Positions 52,340-63,028 of a stretch of DNA of 64,000 bases are shown here, in pieces. The stretch lies in NCBI GenBank assembly GCA_963422375.2, contig OY729428.2, forward strand, positions 1,536,001-1,600,000, in the 5' to 3' direction. Every line of letters starts with the position of its first letter. Position 1 is the stretch's first letter. The stretch is from Bryobacterales bacterium. Its GTDB lineage: Bacteria; Acidobacteriota; Terriglobia; Bryobacterales; UBA6623. Both the position numbers and the translations under genes were made by a program. The notes under the pieces were generated by a model that was given only the letters and a program-made list of their open reading frames with translations, had not been told where the DNA came from and did not search any database.

Positions 52340-53541
52340 TGCGATAACTTGCGCAGCACAAGCCGGAGCGGCTCGTCCCGGGGCGGGCGCTCCCCGCAGA
52401 GCGGCTTGGCGACGCTCCAGACCTCCTCAGCGAGGAGGATGTTGACTTCGAAGGCCTCGTCGAGGGCCTCTAGGCTCTCCTTGCGCAGGGCTCTCGCGGC
52501 TCTCTCTACCGTCGCTGCACTGTCCGAGGGCAGCGACGCGACCGGTCCGACGAACCCGGGATCGCCGGTTCCCCTGCAGTGCGACAGCGCTGCGATGGCG
52601 CGCTCGATCAGCACCCTGCTCCGCGCGTAGCGCCCGCCGGAGCCGATGCCTCGCCGTGTCGGGTCGAGTTCGATGACGCGCCTGCACAGGTCGATCCGAG
52701 CGGCCGTCTCTTCGTCCTCGGCTAGCGCCTGAGCAGCCGCGAAGTGCGTCTTGGCCGCGCCGTAGTTGCCGAGGCGGAACTCGGCCTCGGCCCGGCCCAG
52801 CCGCGCGTTCCGGTTTCCGGGGGCCATTGCGAGCACGGACTCGAACAGGGAGGACGCCCGGTCGTACAGGCCGCGCTTAAGCAGCAAGGCCGCGACGCGG
52901 GCTCGGACAGCGACGTCGTCCGGGGCGGTGTCGGCCAACTCCGCGAGCTCGGCGGTCATCTGGAGCTCGCCGCCGGCGTTTTCCAGCACTTCGACAAGCT
53001 CCATCCGCACGCCGAGGCGGGCGTCTTCCTCGCCGGGCTCCCAGTGGCCGTGAATGGCCGTGCGGTAGTACGAGACCGCCTCGCCCACGCGGTTGTCCCG
53101 TGCGGCCAAGCGGGCGAGCAGAAGATTGAGCACGCCGGAGGCGGGATCTTCCATGCGAAGCTCGACGAGATGGGTCTCTGTTTCCGTGAAGTTGCCGTGG
53201 GCAAACAGCGCCCGCGCCAAGCCGAGTCGGTAGAGCGCGTTGTCCCGCGAATACAGAAGCGCGTCCCGGTAGTGGCTGATGGCGTCCTCGTATCGCCCTT
53301 GGGCCATCATCTGCTCGGCAGACTCGAAATGCTGCGCCCCGCGCGACCTGCCTTCGCTCCGGAAGGACCGGGCGAACAGGCCGGTCAGCACGAAGAGCGC
53401 GACCATGGCGCCGAACACCACAACCAGGATGCGCGGGGACGCGCCCTCGGCAATCACGGACCGCCCGCGGCAATGCGGGCACTCCGCTCCGGGATGCGCG
53501 ATCTCATTGCGACAGATCAGGCAGGTGAAGCGTTGGGCCAT
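52336..53541 (-). CDS. Membrane-anchored TPR protein with N-terminal zinc ribbon
   Basis: CLIC..CPHC, one TM segment, TPR-like helices; ATGA overlap with the ClC gene. Confidence 0.8.
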   Translation of the reverse strand: MAQRFTCLICRNEIAHPGAECPHCRGRSVIAEGASPRILVVVFGAMVALFVLTGLFARSFRSEGRSRGAQHFESAEQMMAQGRYEDAISHYRDALLYSRDNALYRLGLARALFAHGNFTETETHLVELRMEDPASGVLNLLLARLAARDNRVGEAVSYYRTAIHGHWEPGEEDARLGVRMELVEVLENAGGELQMTAELAELADTAPDDVAVRARVAALLLKRGLYDRASSLFESVLAMAPGNRNARLGRAEAEFRLGNYGAAKTHFAAAQALAEDEETAARIDLCRRVIELDPTRRGIGSGGRYARSRVLIERAIAALSHCRGTGDPGFVGPVASLPSDSAATVERAARALRKESLEALDEAFEVNILLAEEVWSVAKPLCGERPPRDEPLRLVLRKLSQ

Positions 53542-54399
53542 CGCGGCGGATCCCCGCTGTTCTCAGAATAGGAAACGTTCGGCGAGTCCTTCCGCAGCCC
53601 CTGTCCGCCGTCTGGCCGGAAGCCTTGGGCCGGGCCCCAACGGGCTGCGACCTCCGGCTAGGTACTGGCGGAGGTATTCCCGGTGCGGCGCGTCGGAAGG
53701 GCCCCGCTAACCTCCGTCATTCGTGAATGCCGCCCAAGCCAATGGAAGTAGCTGCTGAGGTCTCTGTGAGCCCGCCGATCTCGCTCCCGAATCGGGTCTG
53801 GGCGGGGAATGCGATGTCCTCGTTCTGGTTGCGGTCCTCCAGCGAGCGGAGCCGACCGGGTCGTTGAGGTCACGCTCGACAGCACTGGCGCCTGAGAGCT
53901 GCCGCCTGACAGGGCGCGGGCGGTCCAAGCGATCCAGCCGGGCACGGCCGCAGTACAAGGGCGAGGAACTCGGGGATGCCCTGTCTTGAGACAGGCTGGG
54001 CCTCGTCGCTGCCGCGAATCCGCTGAACGAAGTGATGGGCACGATTGTCGCGGGCGAGCCGTTCCACGAGTGCTTCGCGGGCTGCCCGGCGCGCAGAGGA
54101 TTCCGCGAACCCGCCGACTCGGGAAGCGCGGTCCTGCGCCGGCCGATGATGGATCCATCTGCGACGGGCAGCGCATGCTTCGAGCGCTTCGGTGTCGCCG
54201 GCTCGACCGTCGTGACCCAAGAGCGGATCGGCCGAGTCGTCGAGGAACTCCGAGCGATGACGACCAGTCGAACTGCACGCCCGCCCCCCTCCATGGTCGC
54301 GATCCGTCGACTTCGGCGAGGTCGGGGCACTTGCATTGCAGACTGCCGCAGGCACGGACCGTCATCGGCTGGCTGGGGTGCCGCGCGGGACCGACGCAA

Positions 54400-55207
54400 T
54401 CAAGCGCCCCATACATGGGTCGTCATGTCTCCGACGGTCTCGTCGCGACAAAGCAGCTCTTGCTCCCAAGACCTGGCTCGACGGTCGAACACAACCAGAT
54501 GGCCTGCAGATGGCCTGCATCCGCACCGTTGCGGTCCATTGTACGGCGCCGGCTGCTCTAATCCCTTGCGCACCGTGCCCTCCAATTCGCCCCGCAGGAG
54601 CTTGCGCTCCACCACGAATGTCCGCTCGAGCCCCTCCCTCCGGCGGCCAGAACGCCCGCATGTCGGTGCGCCCGCGACCCAGGCCGTACTCCCGCTCGAT
54701 GCAGCCGCCGCCGTTCACCACGCGCATCAGGTACGCCTGCAGCAGCGCGCTGGCCTCCTCGTATTGGAAGCGACCGAACCAGTGCTCTGAGTACTGCCGG
54801 AAGAACTCCTGGAAGCCCACCAGAGGCCGGTCCATGTCGGGGTCGCTGGCTGCGTCCACGTACCGCGCGGCCTGCACGTCCAAAGCCTCCTAAATCGCTC
54901 AAGTGAGCTCCGGCGGCACGACCTCGGCGTAGATCGAATTGGCGAGGCGCTACGGCGCGTCGCGCGCCACAAGACCCAGATCTCGCACCCACTCCAAGTC
55001 CGGGCATCCCAGATCGGATTCGGAGGAGTCGCCGAGCAGGGGTTTGATCACCCGCTGCACGCGCTCCTCCCGCAGCCTGTCCGCCAGCTGATCCAGATGC
55101 ACTGCCATCCGCCTGATGAGCGTCTCTTCCGCTACGACAAAGTTCGCTCGGCTGATGCGCCGCGCGCGTCTCCGCCCGGACCTGTTCCTAGAGCAGGCCT
55201 GCTTGCA
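54400..55207 (-). pseudogene. 3' remnant of an AAA-like ATPase / PD-(D/E)XK nuclease gene
   Basis: HLDQLADRLREERV, DLEWVRDLGLV, LANSIYAEVVP, LQAYLMRVVNGGG.IEREYGLGRGRTD, GHLVVFDR, with several stops and frameshifts; cut at the IS end. Confidence 0.75.
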
Positions 55208-56386
55208 GGGAACCAATACGAGTGCCGAGGCAACCAATTCTTCCAGATTATCCGGCCATAATATTATTTCATTTTCTCCCGAATATTTGTTAATAATACG
55301 CGGATTTTCTCGGTAGAATAGTTTCGTTAATGGATGCTAAATATGAAGAAGATATGTCCAGAAATTGATTTCGTAAAGGCATCAGATTGATCCAAGTGAT
55401 CACCATGTTCCCCGCTGAAGAATCCGCGGAAAAGTGGATCGCCCCCATGCACGCGCAAGACGTTCCCGTATGCACCCAGTGCCACGGCTCCAGCGTGCAG
55501 TCCGGCACGGCCCACGCTGCGATGCCGTACCGTTGCCGCGGTTGCGGCGAGCGCTTTTCGGTGCGCACCGGCAGTGTGGCGGCCGACGCCATGCTAGGCT
55601 GCCGCATCCGGGCCATCGCCATGTTCCGGCTCACCACCGGCCTGAAGGGCGTTTCCAGTATGAATCTGCACCGCGACCTAGGCATCAGCCGGAAGTCGGC
55701 GTGGCACCTGGCGCACCGCATCCACTCGTGCCGGGCGCGCAGGTCCGCTCTGGCGAGGCGGCGGCCTCTCCGTCGGCAAGGAGAGATTCCCGCACGAGGG
55801 CGTCAAGCACGTGCGCGGGGAAGCGCATACGAACGGCATCGGGTCGTTCCGGTCCCTGTTCACGCACCGCTCTTGCGGAACCCATCGCCACATGAACGTC
55901 CGTCGCTTGGGCCGCTACCTCACGGAGTTCGCGGGACGGCCCACAAGACGCTGACTCATCGGCAGCTTATCGGCGAGGCCCCGGTCGCGGCCTGAGCCCG
56001 GCATTGCCGATCAGCTGCCGGCTCTCTTCACGCTCGGAGCGGAGGGCACTCCGGATCCGAAAACCCACGGCACGGTCCGAGTCTAGCCCGGACGATTCAT
56101 GAATACGGTCTCGAGCTAGAGATCCAGTGTCTTTGGCCCCGGAGAGCATGAAATCGGCACGTAAGGGTTGCCTCTCCACGGCAATCCGGGTTCCACCGGG
56201 GCGTGCGAGGAGGCCTCTCTAGTCCCGTGTGCCGTGAAATCCGCTCGCAGGTGCGATTCAGATTCGAATCCACATTTCGGTACCTACCGCGGCTGGATAC
56301 GAACGACCCGAGCTGGGTGCCGACCTCCCCGATCGGAGCAGTCCTTGCCGGATTTCGCGTTGTCGGCACTCAGATATATTGTTCCC
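55208..56386 (+). mobile_element. Degenerate IS1595 element related to 39221-40735
   Basis: Degenerate IRs (..GAGTGCCGAGGCAAC and GTTGTCGGCACTCAGATATATTGTTCCC); Zn-ribbon and KGVSSMNLHRDLGIS retained, DDE core deleted; no TSD. Confidence 0.85.
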
Positions 56387-56901
56387 TTCCAATCCAGGGC
56401 GACGGCGAATTGGACGGCGATCCATCCCCTGGATTCCTAGGTGCTCGAGGCCGTCTACGATGCTGCTCGAGATGCGGCCCGTGGCCCACGGACCGGACAT
56501 CGCTGGCGGTTCAAGACACCCCGCCGGCAGGGCGTTCGGGGACGGGCCTGCGTGCCGGACGATTCGCGTGGCACCACATCGCTCTGTTGCGGCGGTCTCG
56601 CTATCGGGTCCGCCTCAGCACGCCGTTGTCCGCCACCGCGCGGCCCTACCGACGGGGAACTGTTCGGATGGAAGTCGAACCCGTTCCGTGTGCCGCTCAC
56701 GGCGGCCGCCTGCGAGATCTTCCAGCAACTGCGCTGGCAGTTGCGCGGGATGTCGCTGTGCCAAGCCGTGCCCCATCCCCAAGCCGTGCCCCATCCCCGA
56801 GTGAGGCACTCCAGCGACTCGCGAGGCACCTCCGAAACCTGGCTTTCCCCGCCCGAAGCCGCTTCGGAGGCGAATCGGGCGGTTTCCAAGTGGCCCAGAC
56901 T

Positions 56902-57516
56902 CTAGGTCCCTACCATTGCACGGCGCTCATGAAGCATGCGGGCCAGCGCTCGGAAAGCAAGGCGCGCGCCGCGCCCCACGTAGAACAGCGCGATAGCCGC
57001 GAGCACGATGGCGACGGCCAGAACGCATAGGAACAGGACCGGGTGCTTGAGGGCGAAGACAATGCCGCCGATCACGGCGGCGTCCTCGGCGAGCGAGAGG
57101 ATCCAATTCGTGACCGGCTCCGGGGAGGCGTTCGCGATAGCGCGCGCGCCCGCCTTCAGCGCATGAGACTGCGAAGCGAGTGTGCCGCCGACCGCCAAGG
57201 CCCCGACCTGCGCACCGAGGCCGCTCTCCGAGAATCCGCCCGCCGCCAGCAGAGCCCCGACTGGTATGCGCACGAACGTGTGCGCGAGGTCCCACGCGGA
57301 GTCGAGCCATGGAACCTTGTCGGCGAAGAACTCGGCCGCATACATCGCCAGTGCCGGCCCGATCACCCACCAGCTCTCGAGTAGATCCAAGCTGCCGGAC
57401 AGTTCCAAGCCGCCGTAGCGGCCGAGCAGCCCGAGGGCCGCGCAGGTCGCGTATGCGTTGAGGCCGCTGGTCCACGCCCCGCCCAATGACTGGGCGATCA
57501 GCGCCGCTGGGTCCAT
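56902..57516 (-). CDS. DUF4126 membrane protein
   Basis: SGLNAYA, EFFADKVPWLDSAWD..HTFVRIP, SPEPVTN..LSLAED. Confidence 0.88.
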   Translation of the reverse strand: MDPAALIAQSLGGAWTSGLNAYATCAALGLLGRYGGLELSGSLDLLESWWVIGPALAMYAAEFFADKVPWLDSAWDLAHTFVRIPVGALLAAGGFSESGLGAQVGALAVGGTLASQSHALKAGARAIANASPEPVTNWILSLAEDAAVIGGIVFALKHPVLFLCVLAVAIVLAAIALFYVGRGARLAFRALARMLHERRAMVGT

Positions 57517-57529
57517 CGCGGGAATGATA

Positions 57530-60500
57530 TCAAGGTCGCTCCCCCGCGACGGTCGGCGCGCCCTCTTGGCCATGCAAGGTCGATACGCGCACGTCCCATG
57601 GGACGGCCCGTCGCGCGATCTCAACCAGGTGGTCGTGGTGGGTGAAGACGAGGACCTGGCACCGTCGCGCCAGCCGCCCGAGCACGCGGAGTCCGGCCGC
57701 CGAACGTGCGTCGTCGAAGTTCACGAATAGGTCGTCCGCCACGAAGGGCAGCGGCTGGCCGCTCTCGATGTAGTCTTCCAGCGCGGCGATGCGCAGCGAG
57801 AGATACAGCTGGTCCGCCGAGCCCGCGCTCATGCCCTCGACCTCCACGCGCTCGCCCGACCGGCGTCGGCCTACCAGCCGGGGCTCGTCGCGCTCGTTGA
57901 AGTCCAGTTCCAATGCCTCGAATGACCCCAGCGTGAGCTCCTTGAAGAGTGTACCGGCCGTGCGGAGCATCGGTGCCTGCTTCTCGCGGCGGTGGCGGTC
58001 GATCGACCACTGCAGCAGCAGCGCGGCGGATCTTACGCGGACATACTGCGCCGCGACCTCCTCCATCTCGGCCAGGGCGTTCTGGCGCGCGCCCTCCGCG
58101 ACTGCCGCCCTGTCGCTGCCGCCGACTTCGCTCAGGCTTGTCTCGGCCTCGCGCAAGCGGTCCCAAGCTTCGCGCTGGCGCTTGCGTAGCTCCGCGATGT
58201 CCTGTTCCAAGGTGTCTTGGCGAGCAGTCGCTTGGTCGAGATCCTGCCCGCGGCATTCTTTGACCAGTTCCTCGACGGAATATCCGTCGCCCTCCTGCTC
58301 GAGCGTCCCGTACGTATCGGCTAGGTCGGATCGGAACCGCCGGTACTGCGCGGCTCTCTCGATCGCGCTCCGCAGGCCCTCCGCGCTCTCCACACCGGCC
58401 AATGCCTGCAAGGCGGAGATGTCCTCTTGGGCCCGGCGCCTCCGCTCCGCTTGGGAGCGGATCTTGGATTCTAGGCGTCCGATGTCCGTGTCTTTCGCCT
58501 TCGCTGCTTGGCGCGCCTGCCGTGCCTGCTCGACGCGCCGCTGCAGTTCGATGGCTGCCTCGTCAGGATCCCTGTCACGGAGGCTCGGCGCCAGTGCGAG
58601 GACAAGTCCCCGCACATTCGCCTCGTAGCTGCCGATATCCTGTCGCATCATCTCGATTCGCTTTTCGCGCAAGTTGTCGATCTCCGACTTGACGCTGCGC
58701 ATTTCTTCGATCACGTTGATCTGCGCTTCGACCGAGTCCGGATTCGCGTCGGTCGGCAGGCCGATGCGCTCCACTGCTTGGGACCATCGGGCTCGCCATT
58801 CCTCCATGCCTCGTTCCGCTCTCGCTTCCGCACGGCCCTTCGACTCGACGACGGCCCGCACGTCCTTCAGGTCTGTCTCTAGCGACGCTCTCGTAGCCGC
58901 GGCCTGCTCGATTCGCTGTCGCTCCAGCGTGGCGAGGTCCAGGACCGACCGCAGTCCTCGGCTGCGCGGCACGGAGGCATCCCGGCCGAGGGCCCGCAAC
59001 TCGGAGAGGACTGCGTCCACCGCGCTCGACTCCCGGCGGCGCAGCGTCACCAGCAGCCGCTCGCCGCCGGACTGCCGGTCGATCGCCTCCTCCAGGCGTG
59101 CGTGCGTTTCCAGCCACGCGAGCATGGATTCGGGATCTAGCGGTTCGATCGATGCACCCGTCCACTGGGCCTGCCAGTCGTCGGCCAGCGCCGCGGATTC
59201 CCCGGACAGCTCCATCTGTTCCGCTTCCAGAGCGCGAACCTCTCGGAGCCTCGTCTCGATCAAGCGACTGAGTTCCTTGAGCTCCGCTACCGCCTTGGCC
59301 GTCTCGACGCTCCGGTCCACGGCTCGGTCGGCAGCGGCCACGGCCTGCTCGTAGGCCGCGGCGAGGCTGGCGCGGACTGCCGTGAACTGCCGCAGGTCCT
59401 TGTCGGGAACTGCCTCGCCGTCGATGTGCTTGCGACGGACAAGGGACCAGCCGGAATCGCGCTGCTTGCGCAGCTCGGCCACTCGGGCCGGGCTGACCGG
59501 CTCCTCGTCGGCTTCGATCCTGTCGCGGGTGGCTATGTGTTCGGCAAGGTCCCTCTCTGCCGAGCGCAGCCGCTCCTTGCAGCTGGCGATGCGGCGGTCC
59601 AACGCCGCCCGAGCGTCCCGGTGCGATCGCACGACCGACGGGGAGGGCACCTCGAGCGCGGCCGCGCTCGATGCCGGGCGCGGATGCAGCCGGCCGAACA
59701 GGCTCCGCGCCTCGGATTCCGCGCCGGCTACGTCTCGCTCCGTCGAGCGGATCTGCGTGCCCAAGTCGCCGAGCTCGCGGTTGGTGGCCGACAGCACGGC
59801 GCCGAGCGAAGAGGTGTCGGGCGGAATGCCGAAGCTCTCCAAGCGCTCCCTGATTCCTGCCAAGCGCAACTCCGCTTCGCTGCGGGCGACGCGCGCCGAC
59901 CTAGCCTGCTCGAGCCTCTCGGCGTGCTGCGCGATTAGAGCCCGCACCTCCGCGACCCGCGCTCGCAGCGGGATTTTCGCAGCCAGGTCTCGGTTCGCCC
60001 AGCCGAGCTCTTGCGCGAGGGCCCGCATCCTGCCTTCTTCGGCGGCGAGTTCGGCCTGTCGCTTTGGCAGGTCGCGTCTCTCGGGTTGAATCTCTATGCG
60101 GCGCTCGAAGAGCCGGTCGAGGTCCGCGGCACGGCGCAATAAGGCGCCGTCCCAGTTGAGTGCCTCCCTCTCGCGCCTGAGTCGCTCGAGCTCGGCTCCG
60201 AGCTCCTCCATCCGGTGACTCGCCGACTGCGCGTCGCGCTCGGCGTGCTGCAGGGTCTCGGCAGCGCTTTCCGGAATGTCCGCGACGGTGCCGAGAGAAC
60301 TGATATCGCTCTCTAGCCTAGCCTTGTGGCGCACCAGCCGGGCGACCCTGCGAAGGCGCTCGAGCTTCCGTTGCTCGGCGCTCTTCGCTTGGATCTCAAG
60401 GTCGAGATCCTCGTGCTCCTGCTTGCGGGTCTTGTACGCGACCTCGAGCTCGCGCCACTTCCCGGCGCTCACGGTGCTCTCGCGGCGGGCGGCGTCCGCC

Positions 60501-61078
60501 TGTTCTAGGCGGTCCTTCGCCTGGTAGTACTTGCGGTGCCCTGCCTTTCTCTTGCTCCAGAGAAGGTCCGCGTTCTCGTCGAGCTTGCGCCGCACCGCCC
60601 GGAGGTCCTGGAAGCCCGACCCCGCCGAGAACAGCGCCTCTCCGATGTCCCCCTTCGCGGCGAGGATCTCTCGGCCGCCGGTCCGCAGCCGCTCGTGGTC
60701 CAGGCTGAAGATGCGCTCGAAGCGCTCCCTCGTGGTGCCGCCGAGGAATGGCGCCAGAAGCCGCTCCCCGGCGGGGAGCGGCACGTCTTCGCTTGACAGC
60801 AGGGTGTTCTTGGTGCCCTTGCGTCTGCGGAGGCTCAGGCTGTCGCCGTCGGATTCCAAGATCGCGCCGAGTCGCATGTCCCTGTACGCGTGGACGAAGT
60901 TCATGGCGGACCTGGCAGGCATCCCGAAGAGCAGGTCTTCGAGCGCCGTCATCACCGTTGACTTGCCGGCCTCGTTCGGACCCACCACGATGTGCAGGTC
61001 GGGGGCCTCGCGGGGTAGATCCACGCAGGCGTCGGTGAAGCGCCCGTAGCGGATGAGCTCGAGTCGTCGGACGCGCAC
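57530..61078 (-). CDS. YhaN-like SMC/Rad50-type AAA ATPase
   Basis: YGRF, GPNEAGKST, long coiled coil, MSAGSADQLYLSLR, PFVADDLFVNFD, QVLVFTHH. Confidence 0.9.
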   Translation of the reverse strand: MRVRRLELIRYGRFTDACVDLPREAPDLHIVVGPNEAGKSTVMTALEDLLFGMPARSAMNFVHAYRDMRLGAILESDGDSLSLRRRKGTKNTLLSSEDVPLPAGERLLAPFLGGTTRERFERIFSLDHERLRTGGREILAAKGDIGEALFSAGSGFQDLRAVRRKLDENADLLWSKRKAGHRKYYQAKDRLEQADAARRESTVSAGKWRELEVAYKTRKQEHEDLDLEIQAKSAEQRKLERLRRVARLVRHKARLESDISSLGTVADIPESAAETLQHAERDAQSASHRMEELGAELERLRREREALNWDGALLRRAADLDRLFERRIEIQPERRDLPKRQAELAAEEGRMRALAQELGWANRDLAAKIPLRARVAEVRALIAQHAERLEQARSARVARSEAELRLAGIRERLESFGIPPDTSSLGAVLSATNRELGDLGTQIRSTERDVAGAESEARSLFGRLHPRPASSAAALEVPSPSVVRSHRDARAALDRRIASCKERLRSAERDLAEHIATRDRIEADEEPVSPARVAELRKQRDSGWSLVRRKHIDGEAVPDKDLRQFTAVRASLAAAYEQAVAAADRAVDRSVETAKAVAELKELSRLIETRLREVRALEAEQMELSGESAALADDWQAQWTGASIEPLDPESMLAWLETHARLEEAIDRQSGGERLLVTLRRRESSAVDAVLSELRALGRDASVPRSRGLRSVLDLATLERQRIEQAAATRASLETDLKDVRAVVESKGRAEARAERGMEEWRARWSQAVERIGLPTDANPDSVEAQINVIEEMRSVKSEIDNLREKRIEMMRQDIGSYEANVRGLVLALAPSLRDRDPDEAAIELQRRVEQARQARQAAKAKDTDIGRLESKIRSQAERRRRAQEDISALQALAGVESAEGLRSAIERAAQYRRFRSDLADTYGTLEQEGDGYSVEELVKECRGQDLDQATARQDTLEQDIAELRKRQREAWDRLREAETSLSEVGGSDRAAVAEGARQNALAEMEEVAAQYVRVRSAALLLQWSIDRHRREKQAPMLRTAGTLFKELTLGSFEALELDFNERDEPRLVGRRRSGERVEVEGMSAGSADQLYLSLRIAALEDYIESGQPLPFVADDLFVNFDDARSAAGLRVLGRLARRCQVLVFTHHDHLVEIARRAVPWDVRVSTLHGQEGAPTVAGERP

Positions 61079-61081
61079 CGC

Positions 61082-62344
61082 TCAGCGCCCCCCTCGCTGC
61101 AGCTCCGCCATGGCGTACGGAGCCGTCAATTCGACAAGCCGCCCGTAGTCGCCCTTCTTCGCTGCAACCAGCAGCTCGTCGTCCGTGCCGTCGCGGATCT
61201 CGTGCGGCAGCTTGGCTACGAGGGCCCCGATGTCCGCGCGCAACCCGCTTGTGAGCGCTTCGTCCTGGCGCGCCGCCTCGATATCTCCCAGCAAGTCGGC
61301 AAGGGCCGCGTCCGGGGAGGAGTCCTTGGTGGGCCGCGTGTCGACCACGAGCCGCTCGATCCACGCCTTCTCTTCGCCGAGGCCCTCGGCAGCAGCGCGC
61401 GCCTCGGCCAGCAGCCGCTCTTCGGAGGCCAGAGCCGCGCTGTGGATCTCGGTGCGTCCCGAAATCGCGACCCTGCAGGCCAGCAGGCGCCCGTCGGCTT
61501 GCTCCTCGACGGCCCGCTCGATTCCGTCGCGGATCGCGTCGGACAGGTATTGAATCGAGTGGCAATCCGCGGCGGACACTCGGACGAACGCCCACCGCAC
61601 GGAATCGACTTGAAACGGGGCGACCTCCGCGATGACGCCGTCGTCGACGGTCACGAGCACCGCGCCCTTCGGGCCGGCCTCGCGGATGTGCCGGCCCTGC
61701 AGCACGCCCGAGTAGACGACGTACGGCTCTTCGTGGCGGACGCTGGGCTCGTGAATGTGGCCGAGAGCCCAGTAGTCGTAGCCCATCTTCACGAGCCGGT
61801 CCAGCGAGCACGGAGCGTATTTGGCGTGGCCCTCCTCTCCGGCGAGACCCGTGTGCAGGAGGCCCACGTTCAGTAGGTGCGGCCTTGGTGCCGGGTAGGA
61901 TGCGGCGAGGTTCTCGTACACGTCGCGCTGCCCGAAGCTCTGGCCGTGCAGCGCGACGCCGAGATCCCGGATCTTGCGCGTCTCCGGCCTGCGGGCGGAG
62001 AATACCGTGACATTGTCGGGAAGGGTGAGGCGGCGCGTGATCTGGCTCTCGGCGTCGTGATTCCCGTGGATGACGAAGACCGGGATGCCGGCTTCGCGCA
62101 GGCGGCCCATCTGGCGGACGAAGAAGAGGCCGGTCTGGTAGTCGCGCCAGTCGCCGTCATAGAGGTCGCCCGCGATGATCAGAAAGGACGCCTCCTCGCG
62201 GATCGTCCGGGCCACGAGGGCATCGAATGCCTCGCGCGTGGCGGACCGGATCAGCCTGACGGCGTTGCCTTCCTCTCCTGCCAGGCCCTTGAGCGGGCTG
62301 TCGAGGTGGATGTCGGCGGCGTGTACGAATCGAAAGGTTCGCAT
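61082..62344 (-). CDS. YhaO-like (SbcD/Mre11) DNA repair exonuclease
   Basis: HAADIHLDSP, AGDLYD, GNHD, YWALGHIH. Confidence 0.92.
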   Translation of the reverse strand: MRTFRFVHAADIHLDSPLKGLAGEEGNAVRLIRSATREAFDALVARTIREEASFLIIAGDLYDGDWRDYQTGLFFVRQMGRLREAGIPVFVIHGNHDAESQITRRLTLPDNVTVFSARRPETRKIRDLGVALHGQSFGQRDVYENLAASYPAPRPHLLNVGLLHTGLAGEEGHAKYAPCSLDRLVKMGYDYWALGHIHEPSVRHEEPYVVYSGVLQGRHIREAGPKGAVLVTVDDGVIAEVAPFQVDSVRWAFVRVSAADCHSIQYLSDAIRDGIERAVEEQADGRLLACRVAISGRTEIHSAALASEERLLAEARAAAEGLGEEKAWIERLVVDTRPTKDSSPDAALADLLGDIEAARQDEALTSGLRADIGALVAKLPHEIRDGTDDELLVAAKKGDYGRLVELTAPYAMAELQRGGR

Positions 62345-62535
62345 TTTCCTCGCCCGGCCATTAAGGCCCGGCGACCGGGCGGAGGGCTGGGTTGCTCAAT
62401 CCGACTCTGCTAGATCCTACTGCCGTCTCGGCGGCAATCCGGACGGCAACCGCGCCAGTTTCGCACGCTTGCCGCCCTGTCGCAACCCGGCTGTCGCGGG
62501 GAGGGCGGCGGGCATCGCATGCGGGCTTGCCGAGA

Positions 62536-62637
62536 GTCGACTTGGCTGCGAGCCGCTAAGGAGGTGGAAGCGGCTCGTTGCAATGCTGCGGAGATGCAGA
62601 AGGAAGGAGACAGCAGCGCAACCGCAGCCAAGTCCAC
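62536..62637. ncRNA. Candidate structured RNA (three-way junction)
   Basis: 12-bp perfect IR GACTTGGCTGCG/CGCAGCCAAGTC enclosing two hairpins with purine-rich loops on + (pyrimidine-rich on -). Confidence 0.45.
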
Positions 62638-63028
62638 CAGAGCGTATCACGACCCGGGACGGCGCAGCCGCGCGGTGCCTGCGGGGGAGGGAACTGCGAC
62701 CCTGCTTCGCCATGGGGCCGCTCGATTCGGCCGTCTCGTAGGATCTCCGTTACTTGTTCCACTCCAAGGAGCAGCGGTGGAATTCGCGAGTATACGGGGC
62801 TTGGCCTGAGTCTGGACCAGCCCCGGAGCCCATCTCCCGGCCGCAGGCCGCCTTGGATGGCAGCCGGGTGCGACTGCCGCGCCGCGTCCGCTCTGCTAGG
62901 GCCCGAGTCCGCCCCTCGGAGACAGGCCGGTCTTGCGCCGCTGCGTCGCCTTCCGCGACAGGCCGTGCGGCATCGGGGCAGCGGCAACAGCTCCTCTCCG
63001 GGCCCGCCGGCTGCCTAGGGGCATGGCG

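Noticed and set aside
53700..54390. Possible decayed gene (NPLNEVMGTIVAGEPFHECF...)
   Set aside because: It looks protein-like but has stops and I cannot assign a family
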